Notes: generated by a model from the letters alone, not told the origin. DNA of 64,000 nt from Pseudobdellovibrionaceae bacterium (GCA_043765175.1 JAYUJM010000096.1:3900-67899); one strand, 5' to 3'. Shown: positions 8,269-19,192, counted from the first letter of the stretch. Made by a program: numbers and translations.

Positions 8269-10065
8269 TTAACCATTCATACTTTTAATAAATTCAGAAT
8301 TAGTTTTAGAGCGCTCGATTTTATCCATTAAAAATTCAAGCGCATCCGTAACACTCATTGGCGCAAGAACTTTTCTTAAAATCCAAAGGCGATTTAAATC
8401 TGCTTTATCAATCAATAAATCCTCTTTACGAGTTCCAGATTTGTTAATATCCATACAAGGAAAAGTTCTTTTTTCCATTAATTTACGATCTAGTTGAATT
8501 TCAGAATTTCCAGTTCCTTTAAATTCTTCAAAAATGACTTCATCCATTCGTGATCCAGTATCAATAAGTGCTGTTGCTATAATTGTTAATGAACCGCCTT
8601 CTTCGATATTTCGAGCAGCTCCGAAGAATCTTTTTGGTTTATGAAGGGCATTTGAATCCACACCACCAGATAAAATTTTTCCAGATGGAGGAACCACAGT
8701 ATTATAAGCTCGAGCTAAGCGTGTAATTGAATCTAATAAGATAACTACATCATGTTTATGTTCAACTAAACGTTTAGCTTTTTCTAAAACCATTTCAGCA
8801 ATTTGTACGTGGCGTGTTGGTGGCTCATCAAAAGTAGAACTAACCACTTCACCCTTTACTGTACGCTGCATATCAGTGACTTCTTCAGGACGTTCATCTA
8901 TTAGTAAAACAATAAGTTTTACATCAGGATGATTTGTGGAAATTGCATTTGCAATATTTTGTAATAAAACTGTTTTACCCGTTTTAGGTGGCGCTACGAT
9001 AAGGCCACGTTGACCTTTTCCAAGAGGTGACATTAAATCAATTATTCGAGTCGTCATTTCGCTTGGATTGTGCTCTAACTTAAGAACTTTATTTGGATAA
9101 AGCGGAGTTAAGTTATCAAAAAGTATTTTATCTTTACTGGCTTCTGGTAGCTCATAATTAAGAGTATCCACTTTAATTAAAGCAAAATATCTTTCGCCTT
9201 CTTTGGGCGGACGAACTGTTCCTGTAACGCTATCACCAGTTCTTAAACCGAATTTTCTCATTTGAGAAGGGGAAACATAAATATCATCAGGACCTGGTAA
9301 ATAATTGTAATCTGGTGAACGTAAAAATCCATATCCATCTGGAAGTATTTCTAATACTCCGGAACCAAAAATATCACCTAATTTAGCAGCTCGTTTTAAA
9401 ATTTCGAAAACCATATCTTGTCTTCGCATGCCCGCTGCATTTTCAATTTTAAGTTTTGTCGCCAAATCAGTTAATACTTGAATATTTTTTGATTTTAAAT
9501 CCTTTGAATTTAACCAACTTTTTTCTTCTTCAGTTAAATTAATATCTACTAAATCAATTTCAACAGTTTCAGCCTGCTGAGGAGGCGGCGCCATCTGTTG
9601 TTCATTATCATCTCGATTTCGGTCGCGAAAATCTTGTCTTTGGTTATTATTGTATCGATTTTGATTATTGCTGTTATTTTGATGACGATGACGATTTTGA
9701 TTATTGTTGTTATTTTGATGAGAGTGTCCAACACCACCACTGTTATTGTTGCTACTAAATTTACGATATTCTTTTCGTGGCTGTTGATTTAATGGCGCAT
9801 TGTTTTGTTGTGGCGCTTGAGTTGGTGTTGAGACAGTCGCAACTGAATCAGTGGCTGCGAATACAGGCGCAACAAGGCTTGGTTCTACTTTAGGTGCACT
9901 GACTTCTGAATGAGAGGGCTTAGATTCAGTCACTGAAGGCTGGGCAATGACTTCTACACGAGCTTCCTTTAGTTCTTCTTGAACAGGATTCTTTTTTGGT
10001 GTTCTTTTTTTTGTTGGTTCGATGATAACTTCTTTTTTTGCCAAGTGGGGCTCCCTGTAGATCAT
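8269..10065 (-). CDS. rho: Transcription termination factor Rho with long disordered N-terminal extension
   Basis: [30 protein letters not shown] Walker [20 protein letters not shown]. Likely start is TTG at 10044 behind AGGGAG. Confidence 0.98.
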   Translation of the reverse strand: MIYREPHLAKKEVIIEPTKKRTPKKNPVQEELKEARVEVIAQPSVTESKPSHSEVSAPKVEPSLVAPVFAATDSVATVSTPTQAPQQNNAPLNQQPRKEYRKFSSNNNSGGVGHSHQNNNNNQNRHRHQNNSNNQNRYNNNQRQDFRDRNRDDNEQQMAPPPQQAETVEIDLVDINLTEEEKSWLNSKDLKSKNIQVLTDLATKLKIENAAGMRRQDMVFEILKRAAKLGDIFGSGVLEILPDGYGFLRSPDYNYLPGPDDIYVSPSQMRKFGLRTGDSVTGTVRPPKEGERYFALIKVDTLNYELPEASKDKILFDNLTPLYPNKVLKLEHNPSEMTTRIIDLMSPLGKGQRGLIVAPPKTGKTVLLQNIANAISTNHPDVKLIVLLIDERPEEVTDMQRTVKGEVVSSTFDEPPTRHVQIAEMVLEKAKRLVEHKHDVVILLDSITRLARAYNTVVPPSGKILSGGVDSNALHKPKRFFGAARNIEEGGSLTIIATALIDTGSRMDEVIFEEFKGTGNSEIQLDRKLMEKRTFPCMDINKSGTRKEDLLIDKADLNRLWILRKVLAPMSVTDALEFLMDKIERSKTNSEFIKSMNG

Positions 10066-10271
10066 TTATCGTGTAAATTAAGATTGGTTATTAAGTTGAA
10101 TATTGAAATATAACTATTTTGTGTAGATATTTTAGAACATTTGTCAGAAATCAAATTAATAATATCGTTATTTATTGTCAATAAATAACATGAAATTGTC
10201 TTATTTTAAGACGATTTTTGCTAGATCATTGTATAAATTTGCAGAATTTATTTTTTTTTTGAAAAAATTGC

Positions 10272-10298
10272 TAAGTTTTTCAACGCTATTGCCGAAAA
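10272..10298 (+). promoter_or_regulatory. sigma28 (FliA)-type promoter of PilZ gene
   Basis: TAAG-N15-GCCGAAAA, about 30 nt upstream of the GTG at 10329. Confidence 0.5.
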
Positions 10299-10328
10299 TA
10301 AGATTGAGCCGCAAAAAGGAGAAATTTT

Positions 10329-10694
10329 GTGAATACAAGTCTGACACCTCTTCCACGCACGCCACTTCATTTAGATGTTTCTTTCAAACGTAATTATGCA
10401 CGTCATGAAAATACCGGAACATTGACTAATATTAGCCTGAGTGGAGCTTTTTTAGAAGTTGCACAAAACGATTTACGCAAAAACGAAAAAATTAATCTTG
10501 TTTTTGTAGTTGGAGATCGTGAAAGAAAAATTAGCGCTGAAGTCATTTGGGTCAATTCTTCAGGAGCAGGAATAAAATTTTCTCCACAAAACAACAGAGA
10601 TGTTCAAATTGTTGATGACCTTATATATTATGTCGAAGAAAAACGACTTGGATATCGCGGAATATTTGATGGTTTTACAAGAAAAGTTGGATAA
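10329..10694 (+). CDS. Stand-alone PilZ domain protein
   Basis: PRTP (RxxxR-like, degenerate) and LTNISLSGAFL (D/NxSxxG) motifs; AEVIWVN, GAGIKF. Confidence 0.85.
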   Translation: MNTSLTPLPRTPLHLDVSFKRNYARHENTGTLTNISLSGAFLEVAQNDLRKNEKINLVFVVGDRERKISAEVIWVNSSGAGIKFSPQNNRDVQIVDDLIYYVEEKRLGYRGIFDGFTRKVG

Positions 10695-10711
10695 TTTAAT
10701 ATTTTATAAAT

Positions 10712-10736
10712 AAAAAGGGCTCTCTGAGCCCTTTTT
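10712..10736. terminator. Bidirectional intrinsic terminator
   Basis: AAAAAGGGCTC-TCT-GAGCCCTTTTT between convergent genes. Confidence 0.9.
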
Positions 10737-10759
10737 ATTTTGTAATTAACTGTTTGTAA

Positions 10760-12379
10760 CTATGTGCCTACGTGAGTTTGTTCTACAGAAGCCAATTCAG
10801 CTTCTTTTTTCTTTTTATTTTTACGAATGAGAACAAATCCCAACAAAGCAACTAATATGGCTACTCCACCTAACTGCATTGTTAAATCTGAACTTAAGCC
10901 TCCTTCAGGTGCCGCTTCTTCTTCCATTGTAGGAGCTTGCTGAGCAGCAGGTGCCGCTGCAATTTCTTGAGGTGGCGGTGGTGGCGGTGGTAATTCCTGT
11001 GGTGGAGCTTGCTCTAGAGGGGGAGCAGCTTGTTGCATAGGTTGCTCAATTTGCTCAGGCATAGGAGGTGGTGGCGGCAATTCTTGTGCAGGCGGTGGAG
11101 TATTTTGAGCTAGTTCCTTTGGCGGAGCTTGCTCTGGCATTTGTTGAGCTGAATCAACTAATTTTGACTGTCCATCCAAGTTAGCCAATGTCGTTGGTAC
11201 AGTAATTTGTTCTACAGGCTTCCAATATTGAATGGAGTCACCTTTTGCGAGTTTTGTTTTTGAGGAAATTGAGTTTGTCGTCCAAATCTCTTTCCATCCA
11301 TCGTTATACCCGATTAATTTTTTAGAAAGCTTAGATAAATTTTCATTTTTAGTTGCTGTGTAAGTCGATGCTATCATTCCAGTATCTTCATAAAATGAAA
11401 TCGTTTTAGCAGAGTCTGTTGGACGATTTGGAGAAACGTAGAAAACCTTGTCACCAGCTTTGACTGACTTATTTCTTAAAAAAGAATTAATCTCTTTAAG
11501 TTCAGCTGATTTATCAGAACCAAAAATAGACAAACTAATTTGACTCAAATCCTCTTTTGGACGAGCTATGTAAACAGTATTTACAAAACCGTTTCCGAAA
11601 GCATAGGGCTCAGCTTCAGCTAATTTTCTTAGCCCGGTCTTAGGTCCGACTTGAGATACAGCTGCTAAAGAAGATAGTGAAGTTTCAGATTTTGTCGATT
11701 TTTTTACTTTTGGCCGAGGAGCTGGTTTTTCCACAGGTGTTTCAACTATAGATTCTGATTCGTTAGAAGCTATCACTGGAGACTCAGTAATAGGAGATTC
11801 TGTAATTGGAGCATCTAGCAAATTTGTTTGTGCATTATTTTCTGTTTGAGCAATTTGAGTTTCAGAGGCCATCGGCGTTTCAATAACAGAATTTGTTCCT
11901 TCTGTGAGCGTCAAATCTGGACTTAGATTAGTATCTATTTGTGCAATTTCTGTAGAAGGAGTTGATTCAACAGTGGGTGTCTCAGTAATTTCCGTATTGA
12001 CTTGATTGCTAGCCTCAAGAGATGAATCAACTGGAGCAATTGATGCGTTTACATTATTTTCATCTACAACTGGTGCCGCTGCAAATTCATCAACTGGTGC
12101 CGCTAGTCCTGATTCATCTATTGGAGTCTGAACAACTTCTGTAGAGACATCTTGACCCTCTGTAGGTGGTGTTTCACCTAAAGCTGCTTGTAAAGATTCA
12201 TCAACAGGACCAGAAGCTATTGATTGATCACCAGAAAAAGTGGCGTCTTCGGCTTCTATTTTTTCGACATCTGCATTTTCAACAATTTCTGTTTCTTCTT
12301 GTTGTGCTTTTTTAGCTTTGCAGCCAATCACATTAAACATTAAACCAAACATCGCTAACACAATAACTAGTTTTTTCAT
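10760..12379 (-). CDS. Lipoprotein with acidic disordered region, two LysM-like segments, Pro-rich linker and C-terminal TM
   Basis: MKKLVIVLAMFGLMFNVIGC lipobox; YIARPKEDLSQIS and YTATKNENLSKLSKKLIG..WKEIWTTN; QELPPPPP twice; TM LGGVAILVALLGFVLI followed by RKNKKKK. Confidence 0.75.
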   Translation of the reverse strand: MKKLVIVLAMFGLMFNVIGCKAKKAQQEETEIVENADVEKIEAEDATFSGDQSIASGPVDESLQAALGETPPTEGQDVSTEVVQTPIDESGLAAPVDEFAAAPVVDENNVNASIAPVDSSLEASNQVNTEITETPTVESTPSTEIAQIDTNLSPDLTLTEGTNSVIETPMASETQIAQTENNAQTNLLDAPITESPITESPVIASNESESIVETPVEKPAPRPKVKKSTKSETSLSSLAAVSQVGPKTGLRKLAEAEPYAFGNGFVNTVYIARPKEDLSQISLSIFGSDKSAELKEINSFLRNKSVKAGDKVFYVSPNRPTDSAKTISFYEDTGMIASTYTATKNENLSKLSKKLIGYNDGWKEIWTTNSISSKTKLAKGDSIQYWKPVEQITVPTTLANLDGQSKLVDSAQQMPEQAPPKELAQNTPPPAQELPPPPPMPEQIEQPMQQAAPPLEQAPPQELPPPPPPPQEIAAAPAAQQAPTMEEEAAPEGGLSSDLTMQLGGVAILVALLGFVLIRKNKKKKEAELASVEQTHVGT

Positions 12380-12494
12380 TTTATCCTCGTCCTTGAAAAT
12401 TAATAAAAACCATACACCTTATCATTTAATCACATTGCTGCAATTCAGAAAAGCAGCATGTGCATTTCTAGACTAGACTTAAGATTAAATTAAT

Positions 12495-12977
12495 TCATTT
12501 TTTTTCAAATTTGATCTTATTTCCGACCTTGATCTTGTTTTTTTTAAACCACCCTTTAGGCATTTCTAAAGCATAAAGTGCTGGTTTTTTACTGGGATAC
12601 GAAATCGGATTCGTAGTAGCTAATAAACTAGTAGCTTTCATTTCTTGAATATCAATAATTTTTTTGTTTTTATCGATATAAGCAATTGATAAATCAACTA
12701 ATGTATTTTTCATCCAAAAGCTTAAGACTTGTTCAGTTTCGAATATAAAAAGCATTCCTTCATTAGAATCAAGTTTTTCTCGGTACATCATTCCTTTTTG
12801 GTGTTGTTCCGAAGTTGATGCTAAATCGACTTCAATTTTTGTATTACTAATTTCAACTGATATTTTTTCAAACTTAACTTCGGGTTGAAGATCTTTTGCC
12901 AAAAGATAACTATTAATGAACAGTATAAATACAAATAATATTTTAACTGTTTTTTTCCAACTGCAGTGCGATACCAT
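12495..12977 (-). CDS. DUF192 family protein
   Basis: KGMMYRE, GMLFIF, SFWMKNT, LSIAYID, ALEMPKGWF. Confidence 0.9.
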   Translation of the reverse strand: MVSHCSWKKTVKILFVFILFINSYLLAKDLQPEVKFEKISVEISNTKIEVDLASTSEQHQKGMMYREKLDSNEGMLFIFETEQVLSFWMKNTLVDLSIAYIDKNKKIIDIQEMKATSLLATTNPISYPSKKPALYALEMPKGWFKKNKIKVGNKIKFEKK

Positions 12978-13851
12978 ATCTTACTCCTCGTGTTGAGACT
13001 ATCATTTGTTTGAGCTCAAAAAAATGCAATGTTTCTATTAAAATAATAATACCTACAAGTATAACATCTGCTCGACCTGCTGGAATCCCAGACGCAATTT
13101 TTTCTTCAAGAGTTGCATATTTTAAACGATCGAACCATTGTTCAAGTTTTTCACTTGTAAAAATAAAGCCGTCAATTTTTTTTGAGTCGAATCCATTAAG
13201 CTCTGCTGCAACCAGTGCCGTTGGAGTCCCTGCAACGGCTATAATTTCATCTATAGAATCAGCTAGTACTTTTCTGGTCTCGAACAAAATCTGACGTATT
13301 TCATCTCGACAAGCCGAAATTTCTTCATTTGTGTGTATTGATTCTTTAAAATATTTTTCTGTCAATCGTACACAACCAATATTTTGACTTAAACCATTAA
13401 CAACAGTTTGACCATACCCTGCAATAAATTCTGTTGATCCACCACCGATATCTACAACTAATCGTTTTACAGAATTAAGTGGCAAACCACTAACTGATCC
13501 AATATAGGTAACGTGAGCTTCTTGATTTCCTGAAATAATTTCAAGTGGTATATCTAAATCATTGCAGATATTAAATAATTCGTTTCCATTTTTTGCATCT
13601 CTTGCCGCAGAAGTGGCCATAGCTAATATTTTTTCTGGCTTAAAAAATTCTATAGTTTTTTTAAATCTTTCTAGTGCTACTTTCGCGCGCACTAGGGCAT
13701 CCGGATGAAACACTTTTGAGTGATTCAAGCCTTGTCCTAATCGAACTATTTCTGTTTCATCTGAAATAATTTTTATGATTTGATGATCTTTTACTTCACA
13801 TATGAGGCATAAAAAAGTATTCGATCCTAAATCTAGCGCTGCTACTTTCAT
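12943..13851 (-). CDS. ppx: Ppx/GppA family exopolyphosphatase
   Basis: AALDLGSNT, ATSAARDAKN, ISGNQEA, VDIGGGSTE, GVRYG. Confidence 0.92.
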   Translation of the reverse strand: MKVAALDLGSNTFLCLICEVKDHQIIKIISDETEIVRLGQGLNHSKVFHPDALVRAKVALERFKKTIEFFKPEKILAMATSAARDAKNGNELFNICNDLDIPLEIISGNQEAHVTYIGSVSGLPLNSVKRLVVDIGGGSTEFIAGYGQTVVNGLSQNIGCVRLTEKYFKESIHTNEEISACRDEIRQILFETRKVLADSIDEIIAVAGTPTALVAAELNGFDSKKIDGFIFTSEKLEQWFDRLKYATLEEKIASGIPAGRADVILVGIIILIETLHFFELKQMIVSTRGVRYGIALQLEKNS

Positions 13852-15326
13852 GTTTTTTCTTCTGCTAATGCTTTTTTAAGCAAACTATTTACCAAATCAG
13901 TATCCGCTTGTCCTTTAGTTTCTTTCATAATAGCGCCAACGAAAAAACCAAACACTTTAACTTTTCCATTTTTATATTCTAAAACTTGCTGGGGATTGTC
14001 TTTTAAAACTTGTAAAATAATATTTTTAATAACGTTATCATCAGAAATTTTTACATAACCTTTTAAATTAATAATTTCTTCAATAGATAAATCTGTATCT
14101 AACATTTCTAAAAAAATAAGTTTTGCTATTTTTAAATTAACAGTTTTATTTTCAACTATAACGATCAAATGGCTTAATTTTTCAGGAGTCAGACGACTGT
14201 TTTCTAATTTTAAATTTGTTAAATTTAAATACCTTAACAGCTCTCCTAGAATCCAATGCGCCGACGCTTTAGGAAACTGAGAAAGTTTCGCTGTAGCTTC
14301 AAAAAACAAAGCAAGCTTAATATCAGCCACTAGAACTTGAGCCTCATTTTCTAATAAACTAAATTCTGAAATATATCGACGTATTTTTTCTAAAGGCAAT
14401 TCAGGAAGATGTTGTTTTTGATTTTCTATTTCTTCGTTTGAAATTATAATCGGCAACAAATCAGGATCTACAAAATATCGATAGTCATGAGCTTCTTCTT
14501 TAGTTCGCATAACAAAAGTACGATTTTTATCAGAATCATAAAGACGAGTTTCTTGTTGTACTTGTTGCCCAGATAAATTTTGATCAATTTGTCTTTCGAT
14601 TTCAAAATTAATTGCTTTTTCAATAAATCGAAAAGAGTTTAAATTTTTTATTTCGACTCGTGTTCCAAGTTTTTGGTCCCCTTTGCGACGAACAGAAACA
14701 TTACAATCACATCGAAACGAACCCTCTTCAAGATTGCCGTCACAAACGCCAACATACTGTACTACCGCTCGAATCATTCTACAATATTCTGCGGCTTCTT
14801 CAGCAGATTGCATATCAGGTCCACTTACAATTTCAAGCAAAGGAATTCCAGCACGATTATAATTAAGCAAAGAATAAGTTGGAAAATGAATTGATTTTCC
14901 GGCATCTTCTTCCAAATGCGCTCTTGTGATAGATATGCGTCTCAGATTTCCATTGACACTAATTTCTAAAAATCCATTTTCGCATATTGGTTTTTCAAAT
15001 TGAGAAATTTGATACCCTTTTGGCAGATCTGGATAAAAATAATTTTTGCGTGCGAAATAAGATGGACTTCGAATGCTACAGTTGAGCGCTAATCCAGTTC
15101 GCACTGCTTTATTAATAACCGCTTTATTTAACAAGGGTAATGTTCCAGGCATTCCCAAACTAATAGCAGAAATATTTTCATTATCAGAGGCTGAAAAATT
15201 TGTTGAATCGCTACAAAATATTTTTGTTTCTGTATTCAATTGTACATGCACTTCAATACCTATAATGGCTTCAAATTCTGGATGAATTGAGGCCGATGTA
15301 TTTAAAATTTTCTCATTAGTAAACAT
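13848..15326 (-). CDS. gatB: Asp/Glu-tRNA amidotransferase subunit B
   Basis: IGIEVHVQL, RKNYFYPDLPKGYQISQ, HLEEDAGKS, RCDCNVS, RTKEEAHDYRYF. Confidence 0.97.
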   Translation of the reverse strand: MFTNEKILNTSASIHPEFEAIIGIEVHVQLNTETKIFCSDSTNFSASDNENISAISLGMPGTLPLLNKAVINKAVRTGLALNCSIRSPSYFARKNYFYPDLPKGYQISQFEKPICENGFLEISVNGNLRRISITRAHLEEDAGKSIHFPTYSLLNYNRAGIPLLEIVSGPDMQSAEEAAEYCRMIRAVVQYVGVCDGNLEEGSFRCDCNVSVRRKGDQKLGTRVEIKNLNSFRFIEKAINFEIERQIDQNLSGQQVQQETRLYDSDKNRTFVMRTKEEAHDYRYFVDPDLLPIIISNEEIENQKQHLPELPLEKIRRYISEFSLLENEAQVLVADIKLALFFEATAKLSQFPKASAHWILGELLRYLNLTNLKLENSRLTPEKLSHLIVIVENKTVNLKIAKLIFLEMLDTDLSIEEIINLKGYVKISDDNVIKNIILQVLKDNPQQVLEYKNGKVKVFGFFVGAIMKETKGQADTDLVNSLLKKALAEEKT

Positions 15327-16821
15327 TTGGTCTCAACTTTCTGAATTCTAAAGCTGCTGAAGACTGTTCTAGTGCATGGCCAAAATTAAGAAGCGTTTGT
15401 TCACAAAAATGATTAGCAGTGAGTTGTATTCCGATAGGAAGCACAGACTCGGTATGGTCTGAATTAATATTTTTAGTGAATGTATAAGGGACACTCATTC
15501 CAGGAAGACCGCATAAATTTGTAGATGTTGTATAAATATCATTTAAATAAGAACTTAACGGATCTTGTGTTTTTTCTGCAATTTTAAATGCAACTCCTGT
15601 AGTTACAGGTCCAACTAAAATATCACATTTTTGAAATGCAGCTAAAAATTGATCTCTTAATAGTCGTCTGACTTTGCCCGCTTTTAAGTAATAGGCATCA
15701 AAATATCCTGAAGACAGACAATAAGTCCCAAGCATAATTCGACGCTTAACTTCGTCACCAAAACCTTCACTACGATTCAAAGTATAAAATTCTTCAAGAG
15801 ATAATTGCTCGTTTTTTGTTTTTTCTGAACGATAACCATATTTAATGCCATCATATCTAGCTAAATTCGACGAAGCTTCACTTGCCGATATAATGTAATA
15901 CATAGGAACAGCATACTCAGTTAGTGGTATAGAAATTTCAACAACTTCAGCACCATTCATTTTAAAAAAATCTAAAGCTTCTAATGTTGCTTTTAAAATG
16001 TCTTTATTTTTTAAACCCTGAAGATGTTCTTTGATGTAGCCAACTTTTTTGCCTTTAATATCTGAATTTAATTTTTGATGAAAATTTTCAACTTCAATTT
16101 GTGCTGTCGTTGAATCATTTTTATCATAACCACAAATAACTTCTAAAGTTAAAGCTGCATCTTTCACCGAAGAAACAATGGGTCCTGCTTGATCTAATGA
16201 CGAAGCATAGGCTACTAAACCAAAACGACTGATTCTGCCATAAGTAGGCTTTATTCCAACAACTCCACAAAAACTAGCTGGCTGTCGAATAGAGCCGCCC
16301 GTATCTGTTCCTAAAGTACCCATAGATAATCGTGCAGCTTGAGCCGCTGCGGAACCGCCACTTGATCCACCAGGCACTCGTGTTGTATCCCAAGGATTAA
16401 AGCAAGGTCCATAAAAAGAAGTCTCTGACGTTGAACCCATGGCAAACTCATCTTGATTGAGTTTTCCACTAATCATTGCTCCTGCATTAATTAGTTTTTG
16501 TGTGACCGTCGCATTATAAGGTGGAATAAAATTTTGAAGCATTTTAGAGCCTGATGTCGTGGGCATATCTTTAGTGCAAATCAAATCTTTTATACCAAAA
16601 ACTGCACCACACAATTTAGGCAACTCCTCATTTTTAAAAATCTTCTGATCTATTTTTTGTGCTTCATCTAATAGTTGATCGTTAACGTATGTAAAAGCAT
16701 TGAGCTGAGGATTTAATTTTTCTATGCGTTTTAAAAAAAACTGAGCAATTTCTAGAGCAGATATTTTTTTTTCTTTTAAAGATTTTGTAACAGTGGAAAA
16801 ATCAGTACTTAATAAATCCAT
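15316..16821 (-). CDS. gatA: Asp/Glu-tRNA amidotransferase subunit A
   Basis: Amidase signature PGGSSGGSAAA, GTDTGGSIRQPA, EVKRRIMLGTY. Confidence 0.97.
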   Translation of the reverse strand: MDLLSTDFSTVTKSLKEKKISALEIAQFFLKRIEKLNPQLNAFTYVNDQLLDEAQKIDQKIFKNEELPKLCGAVFGIKDLICTKDMPTTSGSKMLQNFIPPYNATVTQKLINAGAMISGKLNQDEFAMGSTSETSFYGPCFNPWDTTRVPGGSSGGSAAAQAARLSMGTLGTDTGGSIRQPASFCGVVGIKPTYGRISRFGLVAYASSLDQAGPIVSSVKDAALTLEVICGYDKNDSTTAQIEVENFHQKLNSDIKGKKVGYIKEHLQGLKNKDILKATLEALDFFKMNGAEVVEISIPLTEYAVPMYYIISASEASSNLARYDGIKYGYRSEKTKNEQLSLEEFYTLNRSEGFGDEVKRRIMLGTYCLSSGYFDAYYLKAGKVRRLLRDQFLAAFQKCDILVGPVTTGVAFKIAEKTQDPLSSYLNDIYTTSTNLCGLPGMSVPYTFTKNINSDHTESVLPIGIQLTANHFCEQTLLNFGHALEQSSAALEFRKLRPNVY

Positions 16822-17118
16822 TTAACCACCTACCATCAGTGGCACTTTATAAAGTTTTCCTATTTTTTCTGGTGCTAACTTGATTAAATCTTCAGAACTA
16901 TTCTGCTGTTCAGCAATATCTTCTCTGAGTTGAATATGAATATCTACTGGAGTTACCAAGGGCTCAACAGCGTCTGTATTCAGTTTTTCTAACTCTGCAA
17001 AATGAGTCAATACTTTTTCTATATGTGGAATGTATTGTTCAATTTCAGTTGGTGAAAGTTTTAATTTTGCTAAACGAGTTAGCTGTGTAATTATTTTTTC
17101 GTTTATTTCGTGACTCAC
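16822..17118 (-). CDS. gatC: Asp/Glu-tRNA amidotransferase subunit C
   Basis: LTRLAKL, LNTDAVEP, LREDI, APEK..LYKVP; first gene of gatCAB. Confidence 0.92.
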   Translation of the reverse strand: MSHEINEKIITQLTRLAKLKLSPTEIEQYIPHIEKVLTHFAELEKLNTDAVEPLVTPVDIHIQLREDIAEQQNSSEDLIKLAPEKIGKLYKVPLMVGG

Positions 17119-17185
17119 TTTAACTCCAGACTATAAACTGCTGCTATACGAGATATAATATATAGCTTAAAAAAATGAAAGCCGC

Positions 17186-19192
17186 ATGAAAAAAAAGTTA
17201 ATTCCTGAAGAAATATTAATAGAACATCATCGACTTATGTCAGATGTTAATTTTCATAACGAGCAGTATCATAAACTTGATAAACCTTTCATTTCTGATT
17301 ATGAATATGACCAATTATTTTTAAAACTCTTAAATTTAGAGGCTCGTTACCCAGAAATTGATACGATTCAATCACCAACTTCAAAAGCAGGCTACACGGT
17401 TTTAAACAATTTTACTAAAGTAGCTCATCGTAAACCAATGCTTTCGCTTGCAAATTCTTATGATGAAAATGATCTGATTGAATTTAATAAAAAAATTAAA
17501 AAATATTTACTTCAAGAAAATGAAATCAATTACTTTGCCGAAGTTAAATTAGATGGTTTATCCATCGAATTAATCTATGAAAAGGGTCGTCTTATTCGCG
17601 CATTGACTCGTGGAGATGGAGCAATCGGAGAAGATGTAACTCATAACATATTAACCATAAAATCAATACCACAAAAAATATCACACTTTGATTTATTAGA
17701 AGTTCGTGGTGAAATTCTAATTTATAAAAATGATTTTTTAAAGCTTAACCAACAACAAGTTGAAAAAGGGCAGACCCCTTTTGCTAATCCGCGAAATGCG
17801 GCCGCTGGAGCTGTTAGACAACTTGATTCAAAAATAGCTGCAGCCCGACCTTTGCAGTTTATCGCCTACGCACTTGGTGAGACTCAAAATATATCTTTTG
17901 AAACTCAAGCTGATATAGAAACTCAATTAAAAAATTTAGGGTTTCCAGTCATACCTTCAGATATTAAACTAGAAAATGCTGCGATTTTAGATGTTATAGA
18001 TTACTATCATAAAATTGAAAAAATACGTGGCCAGTTAGACTTTGATATAGATGGCATTGTTGTTAAAGTAAATTCATTAGATCTTCAAAATGAACTAGGA
18101 ATGATTGCACGCAGTCCTCGCTGGGCAACAGCTGCTAAGTTTAAACCAGAACGAGCAGAAACTATTATTGAAAATATTATTATTCAAGTTGGCCGAACAG
18201 GAGCATTAACTCCTGTTGCTATAATGAAACCAGTTAAAGTGGGTGGAGTCAAAATTACAAATGCGACCCTTCATAATCAAGATGAAATTAATCGAAAAGA
18301 TATTCGTATTGGCGACAGTATCTTTATTCAACGTGCTGGCGATGTCATTCCTGAAATCACAGATGTGATTTTTGAAAAGCGTAAAAGCACAAGTGTTCCT
18401 TTTCTTATTCCAAAAAATTGCCCAGTTTGTCAATCTGAAACCGTTAAAGAAGAAGATGAAGTCATCAGTCGTTGTGTTTCAATAACTTGTCCTGCAATTA
18501 TTTCTGAATCTATTAAGCATTTTGTTTCTCGAAAAGCGATGAATATGGAAAAAATAGGGGATAAACTCATTGATGCTTTAGTTGAAAAAAAAATAATTTC
18601 AAATTTTTCTGATCTCTATAAATTAAATTTTGAAATGCTGACTCAATTAGATAGGCAAGGTGAAAAGTCGATACAAAATATTCTTGATAGTGTTGAAAAA
18701 TCAAAAAAGACGACTTTAGCAAAATTTATTTATTCGTTAGGAATACGCTTTGTAGGAGAACAGACTGCGAAACTATTAGCCGATCATTACTTAACCATTG
18801 ATCGATTTTTAAATAGTCAACTCATGGACTTAGAAACGATTCCCGAAATAGGACCGAAAGTTTCAACCTCAATAATGAAAATGATTTCAAAGGATGAGTT
18901 CACTAAAGAAGTTAAAGAACTTCAAAAATATCTTCAAGTCACAGAAACATTTAGAACAAATGATGGAGTGTTAAGTAATCTCAGTTTTTTAATCACAGGC
19001 ACTCTACCAGTTGGTCGAGATGAAGCTCAGCAAGTAATTGAAGCTCATAGTGGTAAAATTCTTTCTTCAGTTTCTAAGAAATTATCCTATTTAGTCGTTG
19101 GAGAAAGTCCTGGTTCAAAAATAGAAAAAGCTCAATCCCTAAATGTTAAAATAATAACGTGGGATGAGCTTCTTCAAAAAATTAAAAAATAA
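17186..19192 (+). CDS. ligA: NAD-dependent DNA ligase
   Basis: MLSLAN, KLDG, TRGDG, EVRGE, NPRNAAAG, Zn-finger Cys, C-terminal BRCT; no intein. Confidence 0.98.
   Translation: MKKKLIPEEILIEHHRLMSDVNFHNEQYHKLDKPFISDYEYDQLFLKLLNLEARYPEIDTIQSPTSKAGYTVLNNFTKVAHRKPMLSLANSYDENDLIEFNKKIKKYLLQENEINYFAEVKLDGLSIELIYEKGRLIRALTRGDGAIGEDVTHNILTIKSIPQKISHFDLLEVRGEILIYKNDFLKLNQQQVEKGQTPFANPRNAAAGAVRQLDSKIAAARPLQFIAYALGETQNISFETQADIETQLKNLGFPVIPSDIKLENAAILDVIDYYHKIEKIRGQLDFDIDGIVVKVNSLDLQNELGMIARSPRWATAAKFKPERAETIIENIIIQVGRTGALTPVAIMKPVKVGGVKITNATLHNQDEINRKDIRIGDSIFIQRAGDVIPEITDVIFEKRKSTSVPFLIPKNCPVCQSETVKEEDEVISRCVSITCPAIISESIKHFVSRKAMNMEKIGDKLIDALVEKKIISNFSDLYKLNFEMLTQLDRQGEKSIQNILDSVEKSKKTTLAKFIYSLGIRFVGEQTAKLLADHYLTIDRFLNSQLMDLETIPEIGPKVSTSIMKMISKDEFTKEVKELQKYLQVTETFRTNDGVLSNLSFLITGTLPVGRDEAQQVIEAHSGKILSSVSKKLSYLVVGESPGSKIEKAQSLNVKIITWDELLQKIKK

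Noticed and set aside
9549-9792. Ile/Thr-rich short ORFs on both strands
   Set aside because: By-products of the Asn-codon repeats within rho.
10175-10594. ORFs 10175-10393 and 10403-10594
   Set aside because: They overlap the PilZ promoter and gene; no independent coding signal.
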